DNA of 64,000 nt from an uncultured Clostridia bacterium (lineage in GTDB: Bacteria; Bacillota; Clostridia; Christensenellales; UBA1242): the NCBI GenBank assembly GCA_944384465.1, contig CALWTK010000004.1:5257-69256 (forward strand), written 5' to 3'. Shown piece by piece: positions 1 to 10,450 of the stretch (the first letter of the stretch is position 1; every line of letters begins with the position of its first letter). The position numbers were made by a program, and so were the translations under genes. The notes beneath the pieces are model-generated. The model had not been told where the DNA came from, searched no databases, and saw only the letters and a list, made by a program, of their open reading frames with translations.

Positions 1-126
1 ATCTTTGATTGAATTCAAATAATGCAACAGACATATACTATCACGACCGCCTGAACAAGCAACACCTATAATCTCGCCAGACTTAATCATATTGTTTTTC
101 TTGATATAATCTAAAACTTGCTCCAT
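1..126 (-). CDS. tilS: tRNA(Ile)-lysidine synthetase, N-terminal 42 aa only (gene continues past the left edge)
   Basis: The reverse strand from 126 reads MEQVLDYIKKNNMIKSGEIIGVACSGGRDSICLLHYLNSIKD, which contains the PP-loop motif SGGxDS. It lies just downstream of spoIIE, as tilS does in Bacillus. Too short for the ORF track. Confidence 0.55.
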   Translation of the reverse strand, partial: MEQVLDYIKKNNMIKSGEIIGVACSGGRDSICLLHYLNSIKD

Positions 127-211
127 AATATGCTCCTATTACCGCAATTATACAATAATAAGCAAAGAATTGCAATACCAATTTTAAAATTTATATCCCT
201 TATTATTCAAC

Positions 212-2497
212 TTACTTATCGTTCTTTAAATATGTTCTGGCAACCAACACTGTCATATCATCTCTTGCTTCCATATCGTTTAACCTTAACGCCTCATTCA
301 AAATGTTTTCTGCAAGAGTTTGCGGATTGTTGCTCGCCAGTTTGCTGACATATTCTATCATATTTTCTTGACTTGTGAACGCGTCGGTTACACCATCAGT
401 CGCCATTATTATGATGTCCTTGGTCGAAATTGTTGTCTTATATGTCGCAGGTGAAATATTATCTAGTGCCCCTATAGGCAAAGCGCCTCCTTCCACTATC
501 TCGATATTGCCATCCCGTTTGATGAGCCCGAACGGAGAGCCCACTTTTATGAAATCCGCTATCTCTTTGTTCAAATCTAGCAGGCAGACGTCTAGAGTGG
601 AATAGTTTTCTTGATTGTTGATCGCAAGAAGCTTGTTCACACTCTCTAGCACGATTTCGTTATCAAACCCGACTTTATAAAAATTTTCTATCAGTCCTAG
701 CGTCATAGCACTCATTTTATGCGCAGATTTTCCGCTGCCCATGCCGTCACAGAGAGCTAACAAAAATTTTTCACTGCCCAGTCTGATTATACTATGGCAA
801 TCCCCGCACTCAATGTTGCCCGCTTTGTTGCAACTGGACAAGCCGAAAGCGCAATCATATTTTGTTTTTCTTCGTAGAGTCACAGAATTATAATCCGAAT
901 CATCCACTGGAGAGACATTAGTTATTTGCATAGGTGCTTTCAGTGTCTCAGTCAGGACTTTTTCTATGATAGGATTATAAGCATTGTCTGATTTGACTAT
1001 CAACACAGCCGAAATTTCATCATTTTTCTCTGTGTAGAGCAAGACCTCCCTGCATTCGATATTGAGCCCCAACAATCTGGAGATGATTTTATTCTCCCTA
1101 GCAATGTCAAACGTCACATTTGTGTCTATCTCATCCCCTATGTCTAGCAACAATTGTGAGACGGCACCCATTTGATCTGCCAGTAAGATTTTCACATTGT
1201 TGACATCTGCCAGCATACTTTTGTATTGTCTATACTCACTGCTCAACCTGTTGATTAGTGATATCAAACTGTTCACCTTTGCGCATCTATTGGTTAGGTT
1301 GGGTGGAATATCTAGTAAAGTGACTTTCCCCTTGGTCACTGCGATTTCAATTAGCAATTCTAGATTTGATTTGTTATCCGTGCCAAGAGATCTCGTGCAC
1401 CTGTTTTTGTCCAAACAATCCTTGCAACAAGTGTTCATGACCTCTCTAGTCAACATGGCAATCAGCTCTTCTAAAGTCAAATCTCTTTTTACCATATTAA
1501 GATGTATCTGCTTCATGTCCAAGAATACATTGCTAAGCTCGCTCATTCGTTTTCGGATGTTTTTTCTCGTGGTATTGATCAAATTTCGTGAAGACATCTC
1601 GCTTTTTTTGACATAGACTATATCCGCCAAACTGTTTAACACTTTGTTTGGGATACATATAAATATTATCCCCGCCAAGACGAAAGGTAAAATCTCATAT
1701 AACAATGATATGTCTCTGTTGAAGAAAAAATATTGCAAAAACACACTAGACAAAAGCATGGTGAACACAATTTTGAATTTGTGTGGCATGCTGAATATCC
1801 CCGCAAGGAGCGCAAGGAGCGCAAATTCGGCTACAGGGATCAACGTCATCTCTCCTAGTCCAACGCCAAAAGCAAAAGCAAGAGTAACTGAATATGTCAG
1901 TGCCGGACTGCCAATTGAAACGAATACTAAGATTGCAAGCATCAGCACAAATCTGTATATATAAAATTCAAAAATATGTACAGGCGCTATCCCTGCCCCC
2001 AACAGCACGATCACGAAAAGAAAACATATGCTCTCATCTAGAGTCAATTTGAAGCAATTTTTCCTAAGCAAAAGAACATGCATCACGATTATGAATACAT
2101 ATAGGCAAATTGCCCCAAGTAGTAGATAAAAAATCAGGGCTTTAATGTCATTGTGATTATAATATATGAACGTGACTAATGAAAAAAGAAAAGAGACAAA
2201 AATTGTAGCTAAATGAATTTTCTTCTTCATCAATCTGTGGACGTAAAAAACCACCAACCCCACAGCCACGACCGTCAACGCCACAAAGAAATTTTCTAAA
2301 CTTGGACTCACCGCTACAGCGCTCGCTAAAGTGAATATGGCGAGCAATTTCTCATCAAAGCCCACATATAGACACGCGAAGAAGAACGCATATACGAACG
2401 GACTTAAATTGTTGACTTTAGCATTAGCTAAAACTAAACAGACAAAAAACACAGCTAGATATTTGATTATGTATTTTGAATTCACTTTCACCTTCAT
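212..2497 (-). CDS. spoIIE: Stage II sporulation protein E (membrane PP2C phosphatase)
   Basis: ORF 212..2524. The N-terminal ~300 aa are multi-pass hydrophobic. The C-terminus carries PP2C motifs (LCDGMGSGKSAH, ATDGVTDAF, DDMTVLV). The codon at 2524 is GTG. The ATG at 2497 has AAAGGA 6 nt upstream. Confidence 0.85.
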   Translation of the reverse strand: MKVKVNSKYIIKYLAVFFVCLVLANAKVNNLSPFVYAFFFACLYVGFDEKLLAIFTLASAVAVSPSLENFFVALTVVAVGLVVFYVHRLMKKKIHLATIFVSFLFSLVTFIYYNHNDIKALIFYLLLGAICLYVFIIVMHVLLLRKNCFKLTLDESICFLFVIVLLGAGIAPVHIFEFYIYRFVLMLAILVFVSIGSPALTYSVTLAFAFGVGLGEMTLIPVAEFALLALLAGIFSMPHKFKIVFTMLLSSVFLQYFFFNRDISLLYEILPFVLAGIIFICIPNKVLNSLADIVYVKKSEMSSRNLINTTRKNIRKRMSELSNVFLDMKQIHLNMVKRDLTLEELIAMLTREVMNTCCKDCLDKNRCTRSLGTDNKSNLELLIEIAVTKGKVTLLDIPPNLTNRCAKVNSLISLINRLSSEYRQYKSMLADVNNVKILLADQMGAVSQLLLDIGDEIDTNVTFDIARENKIISRLLGLNIECREVLLYTEKNDEISAVLIVKSDNAYNPIIEKVLTETLKAPMQITNVSPVDDSDYNSVTLRRKTKYDCAFGLSSCNKAGNIECGDCHSIIRLGSEKFLLALCDGMGSGKSAHKMSAMTLGLIENFYKVGFDNEIVLESVNKLLAINNQENYSTLDVCLLDLNKEIADFIKVGSPFGLIKRDGNIEIVEGGALPIGALDNISPATYKTTISTKDIIIMATDGVTDAFTSQENMIEYVSKLASNNPQTLAENILNEALRLNDMEARDDMTVLVARTYLKNDK

Positions 2498-2908
2498 AGA
2501 CAATCCTTTGTGAAAATGTAGCACAAAAAAATTGAATAATATTATAAAAATAAATGAAAATTACATATTTTTATTGAAAAATTGTAGTTTTTTTGTGTTT
2601 TTTTATCAAAATTTTAAATTTTAATTGATTTTTTTATAACAATATTTTTTATATATCATCCGATATTCATTTTCAATATTCAAATAGAAATATTAAATAA
2701 ACTAAAAGAATTATTATTAAAAATTTATTGTTTTTGTTATATATGATAAATAAAAATAATTATTTTTTATTTATTCCAAAATATTTATAATAATTAATTA
2801 AATCTAGTATATTATTTTCGAGTCGTTATCTTATTTTTTTAGTTTAATAATATGCCCATCTTAAAATTCATCTTAGATCTCACGCACAAAACTATTGGAC
2901 AAAATTGC

Positions 2909-2937
2909 TTGACAATTTCAAATTTTTCATATAATAT
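2909..2937 (+). promoter_or_regulatory. Sigma-A-type promoter for the pheST leader
   Basis: TTGACA at 2909-2914. TAATAT at 2932-2937 gives a 17-nt spacer; an overlapping TATAAT lies at 2930-2935. Confidence 0.55.
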
Positions 2938-2944
2938 GATTGGT

Positions 2945-3182
2945 ATCAATAAAAACGATGAAGATGTGTGCAGTAGGGTTCAACTTTCATAAAGGGAGAG
3001 CATCCGCCGATTGAGAGATGCTTATGTTCAGGTTGGATCTGAATTTCAGCATTGGAGTTGCGTACTAGGAAAGTACGACAGACAAAACTGTGAAAATGTA
3101 ATGAAGGTAGATTGTGTCAATCTACGAATTTAGGTGGTACCACGAGATGTTCACTCGTCCTAATGATGGGGCGAGTTTTTTA
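2945..3182 (+). promoter_or_regulatory. T-box leader (tRNA-Phe-responsive antitermination) upstream of pheS
   Basis: Conserved T-box sequence AATTTAGGTGGTACCACGAG at 3127-3146. Terminator stem CTCGTCC/GGGCGAG at 3154-3175 followed by T6 at 3176-3181. GA/K-turn-like CGATGAA and GAGAGA elements lie upstream. UUC-A candidates for the specifier include 3045-3048. Confidence 0.85.
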
Positions 3183-3195
3183 TTTGGAGGTAAAA

Positions 3196-4218
3196 ATGAA
3201 AGAAAAAATTGAAGAAATCATCTCTTATGTGAAAGAAAAAATTGAAACAATTGAAAAAAGTAGCGATTGTCAAAATTTGCGTATAGAGACTCTCGGCAAA
3301 AATGGTAAGATTACCGAACTATTTCGCTTCATGAAAGAAGTGCCTGCTAATGAAAAACAGGCGTTAGGTCAACTCCTCAACACCGCCAAACAACAGGTTG
3401 AGTCTATCATCAGCGCGAAGGAGACTTTCCTTCAAAGCAAAGAGCTTGAAGAAAAACTCATGAGTGAAAAGATTGACGTCACCCTCGATCTTAACCCTGA
3501 TGAGGTGGGAGCGCTTCATCCTGTGACGATTGATTTCATGCGCATGGCAGAAATTTTGACTGGCATGGGCTTTAGTCAAATTGATGGACCGGAAATTGAG
3601 TACGACAAATACAATTTTGAATTGGTGAACATTCCTGCCGACTCGCCTTCCCGTGATATGCAGGACAGTCTATATATTACAAATAGTATTCTACTTAGGA
3701 CACAGACATCCAACACTCAACCTAGAGCGATGGAGAAAATAAAACCACCTTTCAAAGTCTTCAGTTTTGGCAGAGTATTTAGAAAGGATGACATTGACGC
3801 CACTCATACCCCAGCCTTTCATCAATTGGAAGGAATATATATTGACAAAAAAGTGAGCTTAGCTGATCTAAAACATGACCTAAGTCTGATACTGAAAAAA
3901 TATCTAGGCGAGAGCACGAAAACGAAATTCAGAGCATCCTATTTCCCATTTACAGAACCTAGTGTGGAAGTTGACGCTGAATGCAACGTCTGCAAGGGAA
4001 AGGGTTGCGCCGCCTGCAACGGCGCTGGGCAATACGAAATTTTAGGTGCGGGAATGATCCATCCACATGTCCTTGAATTGAACGGAATCGACCCGAACGA
4101 ATATAGCGGATACGCATTCGGCTTTGGGTTCGACCGCTTCCCTAAGATGAGATACAAGATACCTAACGCAAAGGTGATGTTCGAAAATGACGTTCGTTTT
4201 ATTCGTCAATTTAAATAG
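3196..4218 (+). CDS. pheS: Phenylalanine--tRNA ligase alpha subunit
   Basis: Class II aaRS motifs (FRKDDIDATHTPAFHQLEG, GAGMIHP, GFGFDR). The ATG at 3196 is preceded by GGAGG. The track ORF start at 3112 would read through the T-box terminator. Confidence 0.95.
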   Translation: MKEKIEEIISYVKEKIETIEKSSDCQNLRIETLGKNGKITELFRFMKEVPANEKQALGQLLNTAKQQVESIISAKETFLQSKELEEKLMSEKIDVTLDLNPDEVGALHPVTIDFMRMAEILTGMGFSQIDGPEIEYDKYNFELVNIPADSPSRDMQDSLYITNSILLRTQTSNTQPRAMEKIKPPFKVFSFGRVFRKDDIDATHTPAFHQLEGIYIDKKVSLADLKHDLSLILKKYLGESTKTKFRASYFPFTEPSVEVDAECNVCKGKGCAACNGAGQYEILGAGMIHPHVLELNGIDPNEYSGYAFGFGFDRFPKMRYKIPNAKVMFENDVRFIRQFK

Positions 4219-4259
4219 AAGATTGATAGCTATTGCGTTTTATTTTATAAGGAGAAAAT

Positions 4260-6632
4260 ATGAAAGTTTTATTATCATGGATAAACGATTATGTAGATAT
4301 CAGCGGCTTGGACGTGAAGACAATAGCACGTGGACTGACCGATGCGGGCTTCGAAGTGGAAGAGATTATAGATAAATCAAAAGGTTTAGACAAGGTCGTT
4401 GTAGCGAACATCACTGAAATCACCCGCCACCCCAACGCTGATAAATTGGTAGTCTGTCAGGCTGATTACGGCTTCGGCAAGACACAAATTGTCACCCATG
4501 CAGACAACATGAAGGTCGGAGACAATGTGCCACTGGCGTTGGACGGAGCGGTCCTACCTAATGGCGCGGAGATAAAGAATGGAAGTCTTCGCGGTGTAGC
4601 GTCAAACGGCATGTTTTGTGCTGGTGAAGAATTGGGAATAGACAATTCCATCCACCCTAACGCCGAAGTCGATGGCTTGTTGATACTGGAAAAGAATTTG
4701 AAGCTGGGCACACCTATTGCAGATGTTTTGGGGTTAAATGAGACAATTTTGGATGTCAATGTCTTGCCAAATCGTGCAGATTGCAATTCAATATATGGCA
4801 TAGCAAAAGAAATCAGCGTCATATTTAACCTTCCGCTAAAATCGCTTGATTTGTCCTACACGACGAATTCAACGAAAAAGATAGACGTTAAGGTGGAAGA
4901 TTTTGACCTATGCCCTAGATATCAAGCGGTAGTGGTAGAGCATGTGAAAAACTCTTCTTCTCCCGCGTGGATGCAAAAGAGATTGTCCCTACTCGACCAT
5001 TCACCACACTCTTTGTATGTGGATATCACCAATTATGTTTTGCTAGAAGTGGGTCAACCCATGCATGCTTTTGACCTGTCAAAAATAAAAGGTGAAAAGA
5101 TTATCGTAAGGCACGCACACGAAAATGAGACAATCCTTGCCTTAGACGAAAAGACTTATACCTTGCACGACAACAACCTAGTGATAGCTAATGAACAAGA
5201 ACCCATGGTCATCGCTGGTATAATGGGCGGAATTGAGAGCGGGACCTATCCTGACACGAAAAATGTAGTGTTGGAAAGTGCGAATTTCTATTACGCCAAC
5301 ATCAGACGTAGTTCACACGCTCTAGGTCTCGGTAGTGACAGCAGTATACGATATTCAAAAGGTGTAAATATTGAGAATACAGAAATTGGCATGAAGCGCG
5401 CACTAAACATCATCACCAAATTAAAAGCGGGCGACATCTCAAACGTCATAATTGACGAAAACAGGGGGCTTCCTACTCTGCGCACAATAAAGAGCAGCAT
5501 AGTGAAGATCAACGAACGCCTTGGCCTAAATATAGCGACTGACGTCATGGTGGATATACTAAATCGTCTGGATATAAAGACGCATGTGGAGGGCGACAGT
5601 TTGGTATCAACCCCACCTGCTAACAGGACCGACCTAGAGAGAGATTGTGACATATGTGAAGAGATTGGTCGAATTTATGGACTAGACAAAATTTCGCACG
5701 AGGCATCCACCCCTACCGACTTCTCCACTGTTGGCGAATTGACCATTGAGCAGAAAAACATCAACAAACTAAAGACAATGTCCGCGTTCACTGGCTATAA
5801 TGAAATCATGACATGGCAATTCGGTTCGCCAAAGACTATATTGAATGCTGGATTGGATCTAGACAAGCACATAAAGATTCTGAACCCAATCGGTCAGGAT
5901 TATAGTGTGGTTCGTACAAGTCTCATCCCAGCTATGCTCAACACTATATCTTTCAACCTAAAGCAAGGGAATAAAGATCTAAAATTGTTCGAACTAGCAC
6001 GAGTGTTCATACCTAAACAATTGCCGCTCAGCGAACTGCCTGATGAGCACAGCAATCTATGCTTGAGCTTAACAGGAGATTATGACTTTTACAGGCTGAA
6101 AAATGATTTGAACAAAATTATGTCCAGTATAGGTGTCCGCCTAGACTATAGACAGGCAAGAATTCCACAAATACACCCTGGTATCTGTGCAGAAATCTTG
6201 CTATACAATAGACCGGTTGGATATATTGGAGAAGTTCACCCTAACATCTTGAACAACTTTGAAATATCTCAAAAAGTGTTCATCGCTGAAATCAATCTAT
6301 CCAACGCCATTATTAGACTGAACGATAGGCATACAGGTAACGCTCCAGAAAAATTACCTTTCATATCACGCGACCTCGCGTTTGTTTTGGACAAAGATGT
6401 GCCTGCAAATAAAATTATCGAGGTAGCTCTAAAAGCGAACAGATCTAGCATTATGGACTGTAAAATATTTGATGTCTACACATCAAGTAGCATTGGAGCA
6501 GACAAAAAGAGTGTGGCGATCACACTCTCAATAAAACAGGGCGAAAAACCTTTGTCTGAAGCAGAAATCGCACCTATAGTGGAGTCAGTTTTGCAAGCTG
6601 AAATCAAAAATTTTGATGCAAAATTAAGATAA
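4260..6632 (+). CDS. pheT: Phenylalanine--tRNA ligase beta subunit
   Basis: 790 aa. N-terminal tRNA-binding domain (ITRHPNADKLVVCQ), B3/4 and B5 regions and a C-terminal FDX-ACB-like end. Lies immediately after pheS. Confidence 0.95.
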   Translation: MKVLLSWINDYVDISGLDVKTIARGLTDAGFEVEEIIDKSKGLDKVVVANITEITRHPNADKLVVCQADYGFGKTQIVTHADNMKVGDNVPLALDGAVLPNGAEIKNGSLRGVASNGMFCAGEELGIDNSIHPNAEVDGLLILEKNLKLGTPIADVLGLNETILDVNVLPNRADCNSIYGIAKEISVIFNLPLKSLDLSYTTNSTKKIDVKVEDFDLCPRYQAVVVEHVKNSSSPAWMQKRLSLLDHSPHSLYVDITNYVLLEVGQPMHAFDLSKIKGEKIIVRHAHENETILALDEKTYTLHDNNLVIANEQEPMVIAGIMGGIESGTYPDTKNVVLESANFYYANIRRSSHALGLGSDSSIRYSKGVNIENTEIGMKRALNIITKLKAGDISNVIIDENRGLPTLRTIKSSIVKINERLGLNIATDVMVDILNRLDIKTHVEGDSLVSTPPANRTDLERDCDICEEIGRIYGLDKISHEASTPTDFSTVGELTIEQKNINKLKTMSAFTGYNEIMTWQFGSPKTILNAGLDLDKHIKILNPIGQDYSVVRTSLIPAMLNTISFNLKQGNKDLKLFELARVFIPKQLPLSELPDEHSNLCLSLTGDYDFYRLKNDLNKIMSSIGVRLDYRQARIPQIHPGICAEILLYNRPVGYIGEVHPNILNNFEISQKVFIAEINLSNAIIRLNDRHTGNAPEKLPFISRDLAFVLDKDVPANKIIEVALKANRSSIMDCKIFDVYTSSSIGADKKSVAITLSIKQGEKPLSEAEIAPIVESVLQAEIKNFDAKLR

Positions 6633-6643
6633 TTAAGAATATC

Positions 6644-7876
6644 TTAATTCTCACTTTTTACCTTGATGTCAATGTTAAAGTTGATACCATCAAGGTAATT
6701 TTTTTCGTCCAGTGTGCTCAAATATTCTTCAAATTGTTTGTTTTTCAAATTATAAAAATATTTATAGACACTCAACAAATCCACATCCTTTGACACACAA
6801 AAAGAGGTTGCATCCAACATGTCCTGCTGAACTTTTTCTTTTATTTTTCCCACAACGGCACTGGTCAAAAAGTCCTGTTCTCTAGTCAATAATTTTTTGT
6901 TGATATTGTCCTCTATAATCTCATCTATGAATACAGTCAAGCTCACTTCCGCATTGTATACGGGAACGCCGTTTTCAAATTTTGGTTTTATTTTAGTGTC
7001 TTTTTTCAATATATTCAGAACTATTTTTGCGTCATCATATATGTGGTCGGACACGTTATCTATGACAATACTCCCCTTCTGCGCGTCGTTTATGAAAAGG
7101 TTGATCTTTTTCACCATGTCTGGAGTGATGTCGATGTATCTTTTCCCGTCTTTGAACACTGATATAGTGCCATCGTTTACTATGAATTTTTTATCTTCCC
7201 CACCTCCGCCAGTGGTAGTCATATCCGAATTCGAACCGCTATCAGTGTTCGCCACTTCTATCGAATTGTAATCTTCTTCACTCTCCATCTTGATTTTGGG
7301 CATGATGCCTAGTGAGACATTGTTGTAATATCCAATATAAAAGGTCTCAATGTTGGTGTCTTGCGATAGAATGTATCTTTTATCAAAATTTATGATCTCA
7401 TCCAGATTCAAAGACTTTTCTAAGCTCAAATTTGACACCGCTTGCGCGAACTCTATTATTTCACCAGTAAAATTGATGAGAATGGCATTTCGTCCCACCT
7501 TTTTCGTCCTTGTCATATAGTCGAGCACTTGCATCACTCCCTCATCGCACAAACTATCTCCCAGCGCCATAATTCCACATTGGGCAAAGCCCATCTCTTT
7601 TCCTATCGCGAGAGACACGCTGTCCACAGCTGACCCCAACGTCTCGCCCTCGCCTGAAAAGACTTGATAGTTAGCTTTTTTATCTTGAGAAGGGGTAAGA
7701 ACTGTGGTCGCCACTTTGATTTTGTCGTCCACCTTATCCACGCATAACATGGTGACTATTGCGTCCGTCTGACTCATAGCTGGCTCATTCACAGTAGGTA
7801 AAGTGAAAATCAAAACTATAATGGACAGCCATACAACCAATTTCCTAGGACTGAACAGTGTTTTTAATTTTTTCAT
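6644..7876 (-). CDS. Spore germination protein, Ger(x)C family
   Basis: 410 aa with an N-terminal signal/anchor. Third gene of a gerA-type operon and overlaps the B gene. No classical lipobox Cys is seen. Confidence 0.7.
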   Translation of the reverse strand: MKKLKTLFSPRKLVVWLSIIVLIFTLPTVNEPAMSQTDAIVTMLCVDKVDDKIKVATTVLTPSQDKKANYQVFSGEGETLGSAVDSVSLAIGKEMGFAQCGIMALGDSLCDEGVMQVLDYMTRTKKVGRNAILINFTGEIIEFAQAVSNLSLEKSLNLDEIINFDKRYILSQDTNIETFYIGYYNNVSLGIMPKIKMESEEDYNSIEVANTDSGSNSDMTTTGGGGEDKKFIVNDGTISVFKDGKRYIDITPDMVKKINLFINDAQKGSIVIDNVSDHIYDDAKIVLNILKKDTKIKPKFENGVPVYNAEVSLTVFIDEIIEDNINKKLLTREQDFLTSAVVGKIKEKVQQDMLDATSFCVSKDVDLLSVYKYFYNLKNKQFEEYLSTLDEKNYLDGINFNIDIKVKSEN

Positions 7877-8978
7877 CCAGCTTCTCTCCTTGCTTATATT
7901 TCTTTCTTCTATTCTTCACAGAGTACCCAATCAACAACAAGAAAGGCACAATATACTGAGTTACTAAAGTTATTATTGAAGCAAAATGCGTGAAGAAAAC
8001 TTTTTCAAGTCCTATAGTGTTTTCCCCAATCAAACTCCATAAGAACAAATAAGTCAACACAATCAAAATCGACAGGGTGTTGCCCTTCAAATTGAATAGC
8101 ATATTGAGCCCTTGAACAATGCAATAGCAATACAGTGCCAGCTGAACGGCCTGTGCCACAATCCATAATGACACAACTAGCCAAGACAGCTCGTTTATGC
8201 TAGATTGCCCACTAGTAAATTGGCTAATGTCGCTGATACAATAATTGTGTGTGGCGCTGGTCACTTCGAAAAGTCCATAAAATACAAAATATAAGAATTG
8301 CACCAACAGTATAGCAAAAATTAAATATTTAACCATTTGATTTTTCTTTTCCTTGGAAAAATCCACTTTCCCGAACAGCATCAGCAAAAAGGTGGCTGAA
8401 CCGAACCAACTTAAGTGCACATACGCACTTTCAAACAGCGGTAAAACTCCATCATGAAACATTGGTAAATAAGACAAGACGTCCACACCAGCAATCGCTT
8501 TTAGCCCAATATAAATCGCGCCAATCACTATAGCCCAGCATATCATTTCGCTCACACGGGCGATGTTTCTTATCCCTTTATATACCATAAATCCTACCAA
8601 GATTATCAAAGGCAGGACAAACACCACCCAGTTAAATTCGGTGTACAAATTTTCGACCACGAAAAATTCAAGCCCCTTTGAAATGTTCGCTGCAACGAGA
8701 GCATATTTAATGATCAATACAATTAAGATGATTTTGCTAAGAAAAGCGCCTAAACATTCGCGCATAAATTCGTACAAATTTTTTTGCCCACACTTTTTCA
8801 TAAGGTCCAATATTAAAAAGACATATAGTCCATCAATTATCATCATAAATAAAGCCACTAGATAACTCATGTTGCCACTATATACGTACAACAGACTGGG
8901 CAGTGCCAAAAATTTTAAAGATATAAAACTCATAAAAACTATAATGGAGAGTTGTCTACAATTAATCTTCATTTTCAC
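7845..8978 (-). CDS. Spore germination protein, GerAB/amino-acid-permease-like integral membrane subunit
   Basis: 377 aa, about 10 hydrophobic segments. Overlaps the A and C genes, the typical gerA operon layout. Confidence 0.8.
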   Translation of the reverse strand: MKMKINCRQLSIIVFMSFISLKFLALPSLLYVYSGNMSYLVALFMMIIDGLYVFLILDLMKKCGQKNLYEFMRECLGAFLSKIILIVLIIKYALVAANISKGLEFFVVENLYTEFNWVVFVLPLIILVGFMVYKGIRNIARVSEMICWAIVIGAIYIGLKAIAGVDVLSYLPMFHDGVLPLFESAYVHLSWFGSATFLLMLFGKVDFSKEKKNQMVKYLIFAILLVQFLYFVFYGLFEVTSATHNYCISDISQFTSGQSSINELSWLVVSLWIVAQAVQLALYCYCIVQGLNMLFNLKGNTLSILIVLTYLFLWSLIGENTIGLEKVFFTHFASIITLVTQYIVPFLLLIGYSVKNRRKKYKQGEKLDEKIKNTVQS

Positions 8979-10416
8979 CTCTCCTGACCGAATGTTTCCT
9001 ATTGTTGGCGATCGACTTTGGTCTAAGTTTCATCTCTTTTATCGTCTTTCGCATGAAGGTGTCTTTTTGATCTTCCGGAATATAAGGTGCAGTAGGTGCT
9101 AGATACGCACTTTTGTAGCTGTCAAAACTGGACAGATAAGACACTACAAACACGCAGAACAACAATACTCCATACAGTCCCAAACACGCGCCAATAATCA
9201 CCGCACACAACCTTAGTATGCTGAATTGTGCCGCTTGACCGGGAATGATATAAAACGCTATACCAGAAAGTGCCACTATCATCACTGCAGGTGGACTGAC
9301 AAGCCCCGCATTGACTGCCGTCTCGCCTAAAATCAACGCTCCCACAATAGACATCGCCATACCAAAATATTGTGGCATACGTAAATTTGCTTCGTATAAT
9401 ATCTCAAAGAGCAAGATCACGAACAATATCTCAACAAAAGGTGAAAAAGGTATGCCCTGTGTGGTATTCATGATAGTGATCAAGAATTCTGTAGGTAAAA
9501 TTTTGTAATGATATTTTTCTAACGCTATGTATAGGCCGGGTAGCAACACCGCCAAAATGACCCCCACAAAGCGTAAGACTCTAACAAACGTCACTCTAAT
9601 AGGTTGGCTATAATAATCGTCGCTGTTTTGCAATTCCTCCAGCAAAGTGAACGGCAAGGTCAGCACAATAGGACTCCCGTCCACTATTATGCCGATTCTT
9701 CCCTCTAGCATTTTCCCCACTAAAATGTCGGGTTTTTCCACATCTCCAATCTGCTTGAACAGGGAATGAGTATTTCTTTGTAGATACGAAACTAAATAAT
9801 GGCTATCTATGATGCCATCAATTTTGATTTTTTCCAATCTCTTTGTGATATCCTTTACAATACTTTTGTCCGCTAGAGAATCAAAGTAGACTATGGCGAT
9901 CTGCGTCTTTGTGAGTTTTCCTATCTCCATCATTTTGACCACAAAATCGTCCGACTTCACCCGTCTTCGTATCAATGCGAGATTGTATTTTATACTTTCG
10001 TTAAAGCCCTCTCTTGGTCCCTTTATGACCACGCTTGTAGGAGGCTCTTCCACTGAACGCACGGTTATCTTTTCTAGATCGCAACCTAAAATTTCATCCG
10101 CGCCATCCACCAACACCAACGTGTTGCCCGCCAGCAGCTTGTCCACCGCACTTTGAAGATCTGTAAACTCGGTGACCTCCTGATTCGCCAACACTTTTTC
10201 TTTCAAGGTCGTCAGCACATCTGACTCTGAATCAAACGGATAAGCAAGCATAGGTGAAAGCAATGAGTTGTTGAGCAAGAGATTGTCTGTGATGGGCGCG
10301 AAATAACAGATTGACACTTGCGTGCCAAAAAACTGCATGGTTCGTGTCTTTAGATCACTACTTTCATGCAGTTTTGTTTTTATCTCATTTAGTGTTTTTA
10401 CTGCATCGACTTTCAT
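8962..10416 (-). CDS. Spore germination protein, GerAA family
   Basis: Soluble N-terminal domain plus a C-terminal membrane domain typical of GerAA. The track ORF begins at the ATG at 10476, inside the upstream gene. The ATG at 10416 (MKVDAVKTLNEIK...) avoids the overlap. Neither start has a strong RBS. Confidence 0.75.
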   Translation of the reverse strand: MKVDAVKTLNEIKTKLHESSDLKTRTMQFFGTQVSICYFAPITDNLLLNNSLLSPMLAYPFDSESDVLTTLKEKVLANQEVTEFTDLQSAVDKLLAGNTLVLVDGADEILGCDLEKITVRSVEEPPTSVVIKGPREGFNESIKYNLALIRRRVKSDDFVVKMMEIGKLTKTQIAIVYFDSLADKSIVKDITKRLEKIKIDGIIDSHYLVSYLQRNTHSLFKQIGDVEKPDILVGKMLEGRIGIIVDGSPIVLTLPFTLLEELQNSDDYYSQPIRVTFVRVLRFVGVILAVLLPGLYIALEKYHYKILPTEFLITIMNTTQGIPFSPFVEILFVILLFEILYEANLRMPQYFGMAMSIVGALILGETAVNAGLVSPPAVMIVALSGIAFYIIPGQAAQFSILRLCAVIIGACLGLYGVLLFCVFVVSYLSSFDSYKSAYLAPTAPYIPEDQKDTFMRKTIKEMKLRPKSIANNRKHSVRRGENED

Positions 10417-10450
10417 TAATTGTAGTTTAACTAATCGTCGAAAATTTATA

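Noticed and set aside
3112-3195. N-terminal extension of pheS suggested by the ORF track.
   Set aside because: The extension would be translated from the T-box and terminator sequence. The ATG at 3196 has a GGAGG RBS and gives a normal PheS N-terminus.
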